This document shows, in pieces, positions 10,345-20,603 of a stretch of DNA of 64,000 nucleotides. The number at the start of each line of letters is the position of its first letter. The first letter of the stretch is position 1. The notes beneath the pieces were generated by a model, which was not told the DNA's origin, made no database searches, and worked only from the letters and a program-made list of their open reading frames with translations. A program made the position numbers and the translations under genes. Location of the stretch: assembly GCA_963667665.2 (NCBI GenBank), contig OY763927.2:1120001-1184000 (forward strand). Direction: 5' to 3'. This DNA is from Nitrosopumilus sp. (GTDB taxonomy: Archaea > Thermoproteota > Nitrososphaeria > Nitrososphaerales > Nitrosopumilaceae).

Positions 10345-10983
10345 TTGCCATCCTTAGAAGTAATTAACAAAGATGATCAAAAAATGTCTGTAAAGCTGAA
10401 AGGCGTTCCATTACAATATGCAAATGCACTTAGACGTATTTGTCTAAATGGTGTTCCAATCTTTGCAATAGATACTGTAGATATTATAGAAAATTCATCC
10501 GTACTGCCAGATGAAGGATTGGCACACAGATTAGGACTAATTCCAATAAAAACTGACTTGTCTAGATTTAATGAACCATCTAAATGTGAATGTCAAAGTG
10601 AAACTGGTTGTTCTAACTGTAGAGTAATGTTAGTTTTAGATTCAGGTGATTCAGATGAGACAAGAACTGTTCTATCAAATGAGTTATCCTCTGAAGATGA
10701 TTCAGTAAAACCAATTTCGGATAAAATCGCAATTGTTCAACTAACCCAAGGTCAAAGAATCAAAGTTGAATGTTATGCAAGATTGGGACGTGGTATAGAG
10801 CATGCTAAATGGAACTCTGCAAATATTTCAACTCTTACTGATACAGACAAAAAAGATGAAAGTGTTCTCACTGTAGAATCAACTGGAGCTCTTAGTCCAG
10901 AGCAAATTATTCTTGCGGGTGTAGACGAAGTGAGTAACAAACTAGTTGAATTCAAAGATATGATTAATCAAATCAAAGAGTAA
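10345..10983 (+). CDS. rpo3: RNA polymerase subunit Rpo3 (D)
   Basis: ANALRR, DEGLAHRLGLIP, HAKW, VESTGAL; CxCx5Cx2C motif. Confidence 0.95.
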   Translation: MPSLEVINKDDQKMSVKLKGVPLQYANALRRICLNGVPIFAIDTVDIIENSSVLPDEGLAHRLGLIPIKTDLSRFNEPSKCECQSETGCSNCRVMLVLDSGDSDETRTVLSNELSSEDDSVKPISDKIAIVQLTQGQRIKVECYARLGRGIEHAKWNSANISTLTDTDKKDESVLTVESTGALSPEQIILAGVDEVSNKLVEFKDMINQIKE

Positions 10984-11028
10984 ACTAAGCATACATATTA
11001 TATTTGGGTTTTAAGTGGTTTTATTATC

Positions 11029-11376
11029 ATGACTAATCAAGTAGTAATTCGTATGGCAAGAGATCTAAAAAAAGCATCAGTCAAAAATGATGCTCCAATT
11101 TGGGCAAAACTAGCAGAATATGCATTAAAGCCTTCTATTGCACGAAGAGATATCAACTTGAATAGAATTGCCCAGTTAACAAAAGAAAACGATACAGTAG
11201 TCTTTCCAGGGAAAGTTCTTGGAACAGGTAATGTTTCTCACAAAATCACACTATGTTCATTTTCAATTTCAAATTCTGCTGTTGATAAAATTATTGATAA
11301 TGGTGGAAAACTAATCAGTTTTTCAGATTTGATTAAGCAAAATCCTACTGGAAAAGGAGTGGTTCTACTTGGCTAG
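11029..11376 (+). CDS. rpl18e: 50S ribosomal protein L18e
   Basis: APIW, INLNRI, VVFPGKVLGTG; gene order. Confidence 0.95.
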   Translation: MTNQVVIRMARDLKKASVKNDAPIWAKLAEYALKPSIARRDINLNRIAQLTKENDTVVFPGKVLGTGNVSHKITLCSFSISNSAVDKIIDNGGKLISFSDLIKQNPTGKGVVLLG

Positions 11377-11833
11377 TCAAGAAACAGTTGTCAGAACAGA
11401 CAGACCAATAGTTGTTGATGCAACAGACCATATTGCTGGAAGACTATCATCAAACGTAGCAAAATTACTAATCAAAGGAAACAGAGTTTCAGTTGTAAAT
11501 TGTGAGAAAATCATGATGAGTGGAACAAGAAGTAACCAAATTAAAGAATACAGAGAATTTTTAGAAATTAACAGTATCATCAATCCAAAACACGGACCTG
11601 TCCATTACAGAAGACCAGATACAATTATTGCAAAAATGATTCGTGGAATGTTACCATATGATAGAAAACCATCAGGAAAAGAATCACATCAAAGACTTAG
11701 AACATACATTGGTTCTCCAAAAGAATTAAAATCACTTGAAAAAATTCAATTTGAAAAAGCTAAAATTAGAAAATCTTCATCAAATTATACTACAGTGGGA
11801 GAATTATGCAGAGTAATAGGGTGGACTGAATGA
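11369..11833 (+). CDS. rpl13: 50S ribosomal protein L13
   Basis: VDATDHIAGRLSS, IRGMLP. Confidence 0.95.
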   Translation: MASQETVVRTDRPIVVDATDHIAGRLSSNVAKLLIKGNRVSVVNCEKIMMSGTRSNQIKEYREFLEINSIINPKHGPVHYRRPDTIIAKMIRGMLPYDRKPSGKESHQRLRTYIGSPKELKSLEKIQFEKAKIRKSSSNYTTVGELCRVIGWTE

Positions 11834-12279
11834 CAACTCCAAAAACTGAAATTTATTTTGCAACTAGAAAAACAGCTAGTGCACATGTTTACATTACAAA
11901 AGGAAAAGGTAAAGTTAGAATTAACAATGTTCCAGTTGAAATGATCCCACAAGAAACTGCACGTGAAGTAATGTTAGTACCATTAGAAATCACAGGTGAC
12001 TTGAGAGATAAAATAGATATTTCTGTTAGAGTAAGCGGAGGAGGTTTCATGGGACAAGCAAGTGCTGTTGCAACTGCAATCTCAAGAGCACTTATAGGAT
12101 GGACAAAATCTAAAAAAGAACCTAAAGAGCATCCATTCCCAAAATCCACAAGAGAGGACCTAAGAAAAAGAATCACAGATTTCGATAAATTTCTAGTAAG
12201 TGGAGATGCCAGAAGAAAAGAACCAAAGAAATTTGGCGGACCTGGTGCCAGAAGAAGAAAACAGAAATCATACCGTTAG
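11830..12279 (+). CDS. rps9: 30S ribosomal protein S9
   Basis: GGGFMGQA, EPKKFGGPGARRRKQKSYR. Confidence 0.97.
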   Translation: MTTPKTEIYFATRKTASAHVYITKGKGKVRINNVPVEMIPQETAREVMLVPLEITGDLRDKIDISVRVSGGGFMGQASAVATAISRALIGWTKSKKEPKEHPFPKSTREDLRKRITDFDKFLVSGDARRKEPKKFGGPGARRRKQKSYR

Positions 12280-12282
12280 ACT

Positions 12283-13002
12283 GTGAAGGCTGTAATTTTA
12301 GCAGGCGGCAAAGGAACTAGAGGTAAGCCATACACTGAATATTTTCCAAAAGCAATGACTCCCATTAATGGTAAGCCATTAATTGATTATATTGTAAAAT
12401 ACCTAAAATCATTCAGTTTTGTAAAAGAGATTATCATTGTTTCAGATTTTAATGGATTAGGAGGACAAATCAAAAACTATTATGGAAATCAAAAAAATAT
12501 CACATTTGTTCAAGATTCACAAAGTGGTACAGGTGGAGATCTTTTACATATTGAAAAAAAACTCAAAGGTGAATCAGAATTTTTGTTATGGTTTGTAGAT
12601 AACTTGTGTTCAATAGATCTAAAAAAGATGAAAGAGTTTTTCAGAGAGAAAAATAGTTCTGCATGTATTGCAACAAGAACAAAAAGAAAAGAAGAAACAG
12701 GATTTGCTATTGTAGAGAACGGAATAATAAAAGAATTCAAAGAAAAACCAGTTATGAAATTACAGTTATCAGAATGTTTAGGAATCTATATGCTTGGAAA
12801 AGACATCATTAAACGAATCAAGGCAAAACAAAAACAAAACAAGATTAATCTGTCATACGATATTTTACAACAATTATCAAAAGAAGGAAAAATTAGTGCT
12901 TATGACATTGGAAACAAAGAATGGTTAGATGTAGAATCACCCATGATTTTAGAAAGAAATGAAAAAATGGTAAAGAAGATCATAAAACAGATGGGACTTT
13001 AG
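12283..13002 (+). CDS. Sugar-phosphate nucleotidyltransferase family protein
   Basis: AVILAGGKGTR, PKAM, EFKEKP. Confidence 0.85.
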   Translation: MKAVILAGGKGTRGKPYTEYFPKAMTPINGKPLIDYIVKYLKSFSFVKEIIIVSDFNGLGGQIKNYYGNQKNITFVQDSQSGTGGDLLHIEKKLKGESEFLLWFVDNLCSIDLKKMKEFFREKNSSACIATRTKRKEETGFAIVENGIIKEFKEKPVMKLQLSECLGIYMLGKDIIKRIKAKQKQNKINLSYDILQQLSKEGKISAYDIGNKEWLDVESPMILERNEKMVKKIIKQMGL

Positions 13003-13564
13003 ACTCTTTTTCAAATTCAGATATTTTATCTTCAAATTGTAAAGTTTGTGAAATATCATCTAAACCATCTAAGAGAATTTTTTTCTTGTAAGAGTCTATT
13101 TCAAAAGATATCTCTTCAGATGAAGTTTTGATGATTTGTTTTTCTAGGTCAACTTCGATTGTGTCTAGTTCTAGTTGTAGTTTTTCAACTGTTTTTTGAT
13201 TTAATGAAATTGGTAAAAGCCCATTTTTGAAGCAGTTGCTAAAGAAAATATCTGCAAAAGAAGGTGCGATAATTACAGAAAAACCATAGTCTTGAAGGGC
13301 CCAAACTGCATGTTCTCGACTAGAACCACACCCAAAATTGTCCCCAGTTACCATAATTTCAGAATTATCATATTTTGAATCATTTAATACAAAATCAGAT
13401 TTTAAATTCTCGTTTTCATCATAACGCCAATTATAAAACAAAAATTTTCCAAATCCTGACTTGTGAATCAATTTTAAAAATTGTTTTGGAACAATTTGAT
13501 CAGTATCCACATTAATCTTATCAAGTGGAGTGATGATACTCTTTATTTTTTTGAAGGATTCCAT
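12980..13564 (-). CDS. leuD: 3-isopropylmalate dehydratase small subunit
   Basis: [33 protein letters not shown]. Confidence 0.92.
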   Translation of the reverse strand: MESFKKIKSIITPLDKINVDTDQIVPKQFLKLIHKSGFGKFLFYNWRYDENENLKSDFVLNDSKYDNSEIMVTGDNFGCGSSREHAVWALQDYGFSVIIAPSFADIFFSNCFKNGLLPISLNQKTVEKLQLELDTIEVDLEKQIIKTSSEEISFEIDSYKKKILLDGLDDISQTLQFEDKISEFEKESKVPSVL

Positions 13565-13565
13565 T

Positions 13566-14981
13566 TTAACTCAAATCCATCTCGCGTACATCTACAAAGT
13601 GTCCTTCAATTGCAGCAGCTGCTGCCATTACAGGACTGACTAAATGAGTTCTTCCACCAGTTCCCTGTCTGCCTTCAAAATTCCTGTTTGATGTGCTTGC
13701 ACATCTTTCACCAGGAGACAAGATATCAGGGTTCATTCCAAGACACATGCTACATCCAGCTTCTCGCCATTCAAAATTAGCATCAATGAAAATTTTATCA
13801 AGACCCATTTCTTCAGCTTGTTTTTTTACCATCTGAGAACCTGGTACAACCATTGCTCGAACATTTGTAGAAATTTTTTGTCCTTTGACTACTTTAGATG
13901 CTTCAATGAGATCTTCTAGTCTTGCATTTGTACATGAACCGATAAATACTCTATCAATTTTGATGTCTGTGATTGGAATTCCTGGTTTAAGATCCATATA
14001 ATCAAGGGCTTTTTCAGCACCTTTCTTTTGATTAGCATCACCTTTGGAAAATTCATCAGGAGATGGAATTGATTCAGTTACGTCACATGTCATTCCAGGA
14101 TTTGTACCCCAACTAACTTGAGGTGCAATATCATTGATATTCAAAGTGAATTGTTTTTCAAATTTTGCATCACTATCTGTTTTTAGATGTTCTTTCCAAT
14201 TATCAACAAGTGATTCATAGTTTTTTGGGGTATATTCTCTACCTCTAAGATAATCAAAAGCCTTCTCATCAGGTGCAATAAGACCTGCACGTGCTCCAGC
14301 TTCAATTGACATATTACAAATAGTCATTCTTTGCTCCATAGAGAGATCAGTAATGCCTTGACCACAATATTCGATAACAGTGCCATTACCACCACTGGTT
14401 CCAATATTTTTGATAATTGATAATACAATATCCTTAGCAGTTACTGCATGGGGGTTCTTTCTTTTTCCTTCAACTCTAATTTCAAATGGTTTTGGTTTTT
14501 CTAACCATAAAGTTTGAGATGTCAAAACATGTTCAACTTCACTTGTTCCGATTCCAAAAGCTAGTGTTCCAAAAGCCCCATGAGTTGAAGTATGACTATC
14601 GCCACAAACAATTGTAGAACCAGGTATGGTAATTCCCAATTGAGGTCCAATTACATGAACAATTCCTTGGTTAGGACTGTTTATATCAAATAACTTGATT
14701 CCAAAATCTTTACAGTTTTTTTCCAAAGTTTGAATTTGAACAGCTGAAGTTTGATCCAATATTGGAAGAGACCTATCATTTGTTGAAACATTATGATCCA
14801 TTGTAGCAATAGTAAGATCAGGTCTTCTAACTTTTCTTTTATTCATCCGTAATCCATCAAAGGCTTGAGGAGATGTTACTTCATGTACAAGATGTCTATC
14901 AATATAGATTAGAGAAGGACCATTTTGTTTTTCAACAACTATATGAGACTTCCATATTTTTTCAAAAAGAGTTGTTCCCAT
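13566..14981 (-). CDS. leuC: 3-isopropylmalate dehydratase large subunit
   Basis: [37 protein letters not shown]; start placed at [10 protein letters not shown]. Confidence 0.92.
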   Translation of the reverse strand: MGTTLFEKIWKSHIVVEKQNGPSLIYIDRHLVHEVTSPQAFDGLRMNKRKVRRPDLTIATMDHNVSTNDRSLPILDQTSAVQIQTLEKNCKDFGIKLFDINSPNQGIVHVIGPQLGITIPGSTIVCGDSHTSTHGAFGTLAFGIGTSEVEHVLTSQTLWLEKPKPFEIRVEGKRKNPHAVTAKDIVLSIIKNIGTSGGNGTVIEYCGQGITDLSMEQRMTICNMSIEAGARAGLIAPDEKAFDYLRGREYTPKNYESLVDNWKEHLKTDSDAKFEKQFTLNINDIAPQVSWGTNPGMTCDVTESIPSPDEFSKGDANQKKGAEKALDYMDLKPGIPITDIKIDRVFIGSCTNARLEDLIEASKVVKGQKISTNVRAMVVPGSQMVKKQAEEMGLDKIFIDANFEWREAGCSMCLGMNPDILSPGERCASTSNRNFEGRQGTGGRTHLVSPVMAAAAAIEGHFVDVREMDLS

Positions 14982-14988
14982 TTCAATC

Positions 14989-15474
14989 CTAGTCTGGTTT
15001 ATACTTGAAAAGACCACCTGCAGTAATTATTTTTCCAATAATTTCTGAAAACGGTTTCATTTTGTATGTTTGATTTTTAGTGATGTTTTTAATTTCATTA
15101 GCTGAAATATCAATATTAATTTCATCACCTTCGGAAATTCCATCATATGCATCTTTATCAATTTCAATTGGTAACAAAAATGCACCATCAACTGCGTTTC
15201 GATAAAAAATTCTTGCAAAAGATAATGCAAGTACAGCCTTTATTCCTGAATGAGACAAAGCGATAGGGGCATGTTCACGAGATGAACCACATCCAAAATT
15301 TTTGCCAGACAATATGAAATCACCTTCTTTTACCTTAGAATGAAAATCAGGATCTAATCCCTCCATAGCATGAGTGGCAAGCTCAGCATAATCATGTACT
15401 TTTAGATATTCACCAGGAATAATTACGTCAGTATCAATATTGTCTTGTGCGTATTTTATGATATTTCCTTTCAT
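14989..15474 (-). CDS. Second aconitase-family small subunit (archaeal LeuD/HacB type; possibly homoaconitase)
   Basis: [37 protein letters not shown]. Confidence 0.8.
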   Translation of the reverse strand: MKGNIIKYAQDNIDTDVIIPGEYLKVHDYAELATHAMEGLDPDFHSKVKEGDFILSGKNFGCGSSREHAPIALSHSGIKAVLALSFARIFYRNAVDGAFLLPIEIDKDAYDGISEGDEINIDISANEIKNITKNQTYKMKPFSEIIGKIITAGGLFKYKPD

Positions 15475-16742
15475 TTCAAATCCCTTGGATCAGTGATTTT
15501 TCCAGTAACTGCTGAGGCTGCAGCTACTAAAGGAGATGAAAGATATGTTTGCGATTCAATATGGCCCATTCTTCCTGGGAAGTTTCGGTTTGTAGTACTG
15601 ATACAGATTTCATCTTTTGCCAAGACGCCCATATGAGCACCACAACAGGCTCCACAAGTTGGAGGTCCAACTGTTACGCCTGCATCTAAGAAAATTTTCA
15701 ATAATCCATTTTCCATAGCACGTTGGTAAATTGAAATTGCTGCAGGTAAAATTTCAGTTCTAATCTTTACTTTTCTACCTTTAAGAATTCTTGCTACAGC
15801 TTCCAAATCTTCGTATTTTGCACCAGTGCAAGAACCGATGTATGATTTATCTAATTCAACAGATGGTGCTTCTCTTACAACTGAAATATTTGCAGGAGAA
15901 AATGGTTTTGCAACAACAGGTTCCATCTCTGAACTTTCATATTCAAATACTTTGGCATATTCTGCATCATCATCACCATTTACCAAATTAACATTTTTAG
16001 CACCTCTACTAGTAAGATAATCAATTACTTTTTGATCTGGTTCTACAATTCCATTCTTTGCACCTGCTTCAGTAGTCATATTACATAATGTTAGTCTGCT
16101 TTCTACAGACATTTCATCGACTCCACTTCCACCAAACTGCATGGTTCTATATGCACCACCATCAGTTCCAATATCCCCAATTATTTTTAGAATCAAATCT
16201 TTGGCCATGACATGATCTGGTAATTTTCCATTTATCTTAAAGTAATAAGTTTCTGGAACCTTAAACCAAATATTCCCATTCAATAAAACATAAGCAATAT
16301 CGGTATGTCCTAATCCACAAGCAAATGCACCTAAAGCACCAGTTGTATTAGTATGAGAATCTCCACCAACATAAACATCACCTGGCATTACTAATGCTTC
16401 TTCATGAGATAGAGTATGGCAAATACCATATTGTCCCATACCATATTTGAAGTGTTTTTCAATTCCATATTTTTTTGTAAAGTTTGATAATTTTACAATG
16501 TTCTCTGCTGAAACTTTGTCTGCTGAAGGAACAAAGTGATCTTCAGCTACCCAAACTTTGGATGGATCCCATAATTTATCAACTGAAATTCCTTGATTCT
16601 TTAGTTTGTCAAATACTTTGATTACGCCTGGCCCTGAGACATCATGGAGCATCACCTTATCGACATCAGCAAAAATAACATCATCAGGGGAAACTGAAGA
16701 TTTTCCAGATGCGCGTGCAAGAATCTTTTCAACAATATTCAT
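15471..16742 (-). CDS. Second aconitase-family large subunit (archaeal LeuC/HacA type; possibly homoaconitase)
   Basis: DSHT, GSCT, CGACCGAHMG, NRNFPGRMG. Confidence 0.8.
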   Translation of the reverse strand: MNIVEKILARASGKSSVSPDDVIFADVDKVMLHDVSGPGVIKVFDKLKNQGISVDKLWDPSKVWVAEDHFVPSADKVSAENIVKLSNFTKKYGIEKHFKYGMGQYGICHTLSHEEALVMPGDVYVGGDSHTNTTGALGAFACGLGHTDIAYVLLNGNIWFKVPETYYFKINGKLPDHVMAKDLILKIIGDIGTDGGAYRTMQFGGSGVDEMSVESRLTLCNMTTEAGAKNGIVEPDQKVIDYLTSRGAKNVNLVNGDDDAEYAKVFEYESSEMEPVVAKPFSPANISVVREAPSVELDKSYIGSCTGAKYEDLEAVARILKGRKVKIRTEILPAAISIYQRAMENGLLKIFLDAGVTVGPPTCGACCGAHMGVLAKDEICISTTNRNFPGRMGHIESQTYLSSPLVAAASAVTGKITDPRDLK

Positions 16743-16814
16743 AAACAAAAAAGCTTGTTCTACAGATTAAAAGCTTTTCAGAACAATAAAAAAGAAAAGA
16801 GTGCTCAGAATATT

Positions 16815-17591
16815 GTGCAACTAACAGTTTTACCACTATTAGCAAAGAGGATGGTAGGAAAATTTGATGTTTTTGAGGTCTTATTAGAAACATTAGGAAA
16901 AAATAATACAAAATTGCAAGAAGGAGATGTTTTAGTAATTTCAACAAAATATATCTCAAATTCACAAGGAAGGATTATCGAACTAGAAAAAATCAGAACA
17001 TCAAATGAAGGTACAGAAATTTCAAAAAAGTTCCAGTTAAAACCTGAAATTGCCGAAATCATCATCAGAGAATCTGATACAATTTTTGGCGGTATCGGAG
17101 GATTTGTAATTACATCGTCAGATAACATAATGGCACCAAATGCAGGAATTGACAAATCTAATGTAAAAAAAGGGAAAGTCGTCCTATATCCTACAAAGCC
17201 ATATCTTATTGCAGAACAAATTCGTAGAAAAATTTTCTTAAAATTATTCATTCATGTTGGAATAATCTTAGTAGATAGTAGGTTAATGCCAGCAAGAATT
17301 GGAACATCAGGAGTTGCAGTTGCATGTGCGGGAATTGAACCAGTTTTAGATATGAGAGCAAAAAAAGATCTTGACGGTAATTCATTAAAAGTAACATTTC
17401 AGGCAGTAGTTGATAATCTCGCAACAATTGCAAATCACAAGATGGGAGAAGGTGCAGAGTCAAAACCATTTGCCATAGTTAGGAATTCAGGTGCAAAACT
17501 TACTGATAGAAAAATCAATTCTTCAGAAATGGCAATATCCCCAGATCAATGTGTATACGTAAGAGGATTATCAAATCCTGCAAAGAATTAG
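16815..17591 (+). CDS. cofE: Coenzyme F420-0:L-glutamate ligase
   Basis: GDVLVISTK, NAGIDKSN, R.GTSGVAV, MGEGAESKPFAIVR; GTG start inferred. Confidence 0.85.
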   Translation: MQLTVLPLLAKRMVGKFDVFEVLLETLGKNNTKLQEGDVLVISTKYISNSQGRIIELEKIRTSNEGTEISKKFQLKPEIAEIIIRESDTIFGGIGGFVITSSDNIMAPNAGIDKSNVKKGKVVLYPTKPYLIAEQIRRKIFLKLFIHVGIILVDSRLMPARIGTSGVAVACAGIEPVLDMRAKKDLDGNSLKVTFQAVVDNLATIANHKMGEGAESKPFAIVRNSGAKLTDRKINSSEMAISPDQCVYVRGLSNPAKN

Positions 17592-17640
17592 TGATCTAGT
17601 TAGTTCGACTTTAAATATAGGATTTGAGTGGAACAAAATT

Positions 17641-18195
17641 GTGGAATACCTTACAAAATATCCTAAGACAATTTCATTTTTTGATGGATTAAAACATAAG
17701 ATTAATGTCGATAGTAAGGATGGAGTTGAACAACTTCACATTGTTGTAAAAAAGAGTTTTGAAGAATTAATGAAAATTTTTGCAGAAGAAGGATTTACTA
17801 AAGTAAAATTTGAACATAAACAACCAGAACAAATTGGAAGTGGGATTAATCTAAAATTAAAAAAACCATGGGAGATGCACATTAGAATGGTTGATCTCAA
17901 AAAAGGATTAATTGGAATTCATGCTGAAGTAGAGGTTTCAAGAGACTATCTTCAACATCTTTTCTCTCAAAGAACTCCAGTTGTTTATGAAGTAGAAGAG
18001 ATTCTAAAAAAATATCAAGTAGAGTATAGTTTTTGGCATAATAAAATCAAGAAAAGTGTTCATTCAATTGTAGATAATTACAAAGTCAAACTTGCAACAC
18101 CAGGAATTCCAGTAATTGCATGGAAGCCAATGTTATTTGTGATTGTAACAATTGTTGCTATGTATGGTTGGAAATTTTTTGATACAATCTGGTAG
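17641..18195 (+). CDS. Hypothetical protein with C-terminal TM helix
   Basis: 184-aa ORF; TATA-like TTTAAATA about 25-30 nt upstream; hydrophobic tail. Confidence 0.7.
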   Translation: MEYLTKYPKTISFFDGLKHKINVDSKDGVEQLHIVVKKSFEELMKIFAEEGFTKVKFEHKQPEQIGSGINLKLKKPWEMHIRMVDLKKGLIGIHAEVEVSRDYLQHLFSQRTPVVYEVEEILKKYQVEYSFWHNKIKKSVHSIVDNYKVKLATPGIPVIAWKPMLFVIVTIVAMYGWKFFDTIW

Positions 18196-18196
18196 T

Positions 18197-18526
18197 TTAA
18201 ACACCCAGAGTTTCAGCTTTGGTTAATTCTAAAAATACCTTATCTCCAACTGAAAGACCCATGTCTTTGTATTCATGCATTTCAAGTTTTAATTGAGTAG
18301 TACCTCCTTGCATTCCCATACCTCCCGTGCCACCAGCAAACATCTTGTTTAGATCTTTCATCATATCATTCATGTTTGTAAATCCCATGACCTTTGGGCT
18401 ACCAAAAGGAGTTTGTGGATTTTGAGCTCCTTCTTTAAGATCTTTAATTGATGATAATGAGACTATAACATATGGTGCCCCATCAGGTGCTGCATCAATG
18501 CTTTTTACTACAAATTCTTTCTTCAT
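18197..18526 (-). CDS. Hypothetical protein with Met/Gly-rich central loop
   Basis: 109-aa ORF that fills the gap; TATA-like element upstream. Confidence 0.7.
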   Translation of the reverse strand: MKKEFVVKSIDAAPDGAPYVIVSLSSIKDLKEGAQNPQTPFGSPKVMGFTNMNDMMKDLNKMFAGGTGGMGMQGGTTQLKLEMHEYKDMGLSVGDKVFLELTKAETLGV

Positions 18527-18631
18527 ATCTGAAATTACTAACTCACTCCATATAATTTTAATTTTAAGATGAATTTAGCCTAATATCACCAGGTTTGAAG
18601 CTTTAATTACAATTTTTAGGATTTTAAATTA

Positions 18632-19165
18632 TTGCCAGAAAGTTTGAAGACCACATTACAGTATTATGGAATTTCACCCTGGGAAATTGAAGTCATATAT
18701 GGATTTCTAAATTCTCATTTTACAGTAATCCAAGACGAAATTGAACCGAATGATGATAATTTTGTGAGTTTTTTAGACATGGAAATTCCTCTTCCATTTA
18801 ATGAGGCATTTTTTCAATGGTTTAATTTCAGACGTTGGGAAAAAGTCAAAGCAATTTTCAAAGAGATGAAACGAAGAAGAGGTAGTGGAAACGCTTTAAA
18901 AATTAAAATCAATTTTTTGGGAAACCCAAAAATTAGTTTTGTTATTGATACTGCAGACAGACATGTATTCAACAATGCTGTGGAAAAAATTGATTTTGTT
19001 TTAGAATTATTATCATATCATTTAGATCCTAAAAAATTACCCTCAGAAATTTCAGAAATTGTGTACAAGTTTGATTCAGAAGCAATTAGATGGCGTCCCA
19101 ACATAGTATCATCTGAAAATAAGAAATATACTTTCAAGGATGATTCATGGGTAAAAATTACGTGA
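18632..19165 (+). CDS. Hypothetical protein
   Basis: 177-aa ORF that fills the gap. Confidence 0.7.
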   Translation: MPESLKTTLQYYGISPWEIEVIYGFLNSHFTVIQDEIEPNDDNFVSFLDMEIPLPFNEAFFQWFNFRRWEKVKAIFKEMKRRRGSGNALKIKINFLGNPKISFVIDTADRHVFNNAVEKIDFVLELLSYHLDPKKLPSEISEIVYKFDSEAIRWRPNIVSSENKKYTFKDDSWVKIT

Positions 19166-19592
19166 GATCTTTCTGTAACGGCTCTAATAATTTGTGAAGT
19201 TCTTTGTATTTTGATTCTAGGAATTTTAAAGCATTATCTAATTTCTTGGATTTTCCATACTTGTAACGAATTAGTTCACGATGATGCCAAAATATTTTAC
19301 CATCATCAACTGAGAGAGTTGTAAAATAATCGGTTCCTATCAAAGTATCAGGAAGTTTTACATCATAAGGAAATAATATCTCTACAATAAACCATTCATC
19401 TCCATCAGGATAATCAGAACCAGTCTCTACATCAAAAAATAGATGAAGTAAATCAGACTGCATTAGACCAGTATCATTTATGGATGGATGTTTTACTGAT
19501 GATTTTTTAAAATCTAGATTAACTAGTTGTGGTTCAAAGAAACCTTTGATAATTGATTTTCTAAATATCTTATTTGCCTCTTGAATGTTCAA
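19158..19592 (-). CDS. Hypothetical protein
   Basis: 144-aa ORF with a convergent overlap. Confidence 0.7.
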   Translation of the reverse strand: MNIQEANKIFRKSIIKGFFEPQLVNLDFKKSSVKHPSINDTGLMQSDLLHLFFDVETGSDYPDGDEWFIVEILFPYDVKLPDTLIGTDYFTTLSVDDGKIFWHHRELIRYKYGKSKKLDNALKFLESKYKELHKLLEPLQKDLT

Positions 19593-19640
19593 TAGTAAAA
19601 TTATCTACAAACTAGTCTATAACTTGTTAGGTACCTTGCT

Positions 19641-20603
19641 CTAAACTTCTAAAGAATCAAGAATTTTTGAAACATCTGTTATAGGCAAACCATTTTCCGA
19701 AATCTTTTGTTTGGCAGGGGGGTTTTCAAGGTAATTTGGAATTTTATCTTTCAAACGAACGGTAAATGGAGAAATAAGTTCGTTTTGATAAAATACGCCT
19801 GTGGGTATTTTGCCTCCCCATTCTAAAGATTTTATCAAGGCTTGAGATAGTTTTTCATTAACTTCAATCTCATCATCATAATGTACTAAAGGATCAAACC
19901 GAGTATCCTCAAGTTTGTAAATTCTGGAATGTCTTTCCAAGGATTCTTGAGCCAAATCTACACCAGCATACCAATCTCTTGTATTGATATCATTGTATGT
20001 AGGACATGGTTGCAAAACATCAAGAAATGCAAGACCCTTGTGTTTAACAGCCTTTATTATCAAATCTTTGAGATGTTTAACATCATAAGAATAACCTCTA
20101 CCAACAAATGTAAAACCACTTGCTATAGCCAACCCAATTGGATTTACATCATAATTTGTATTTGGAGAAGGCAATGATTTTGTCTGTTCTCCAAGTTTTA
20201 GAGTAGGAGATGCTTGTCCCTTTGTTAATCCATAAACACCATTATCAAAAATTATGTAAGTCATGTCGACATTTCGTCTTCCAGCTGCAACAAAATGACC
20301 AGCCCCTATTCCTAGCCCATCACCATCACCACCAACGGCAACTACGGTCATCTCAGGATTTGCGAGTTTACCACCTTGGGCAAAAGTAAGAACTCGACCA
20401 TGCAAAGTATGAACTCCGTATGTATTGATAAAGTGAGAAGTTTTTCCAGAACATCCAATACCTGAAAAAATTGTTGCCTTGTCTCGTTCTATTCCCATTT
20501 CTGCCAAGGCCATCTGTAATGCATTAACTATTCCAAAATCCCCACAACCAGGACACCAATCATTATGTACATCAGTTTTGTAGTCAGCAAGCTTAAGCGC
20601 CAT
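19641..20603 (-). CDS. 2-oxoacid:ferredoxin oxidoreductase beta subunit
   Basis: WCPGCG, SGIGCS, TPP motif GDGD...[16 protein letters not shown]. Confidence 0.95.
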   Translation of the reverse strand: MALKLADYKTDVHNDWCPGCGDFGIVNALQMALAEMGIERDKATIFSGIGCSGKTSHFINTYGVHTLHGRVLTFAQGGKLANPEMTVVAVGGDGDGLGIGAGHFVAAGRRNVDMTYIIFDNGVYGLTKGQASPTLKLGEQTKSLPSPNTNYDVNPIGLAIASGFTFVGRGYSYDVKHLKDLIIKAVKHKGLAFLDVLQPCPTYNDINTRDWYAGVDLAQESLERHSRIYKLEDTRFDPLVHYDDEIEVNEKLSQALIKSLEWGGKIPTGVFYQNELISPFTVRLKDKIPNYLENPPAKQKISENGLPITDVSKILDSLEV

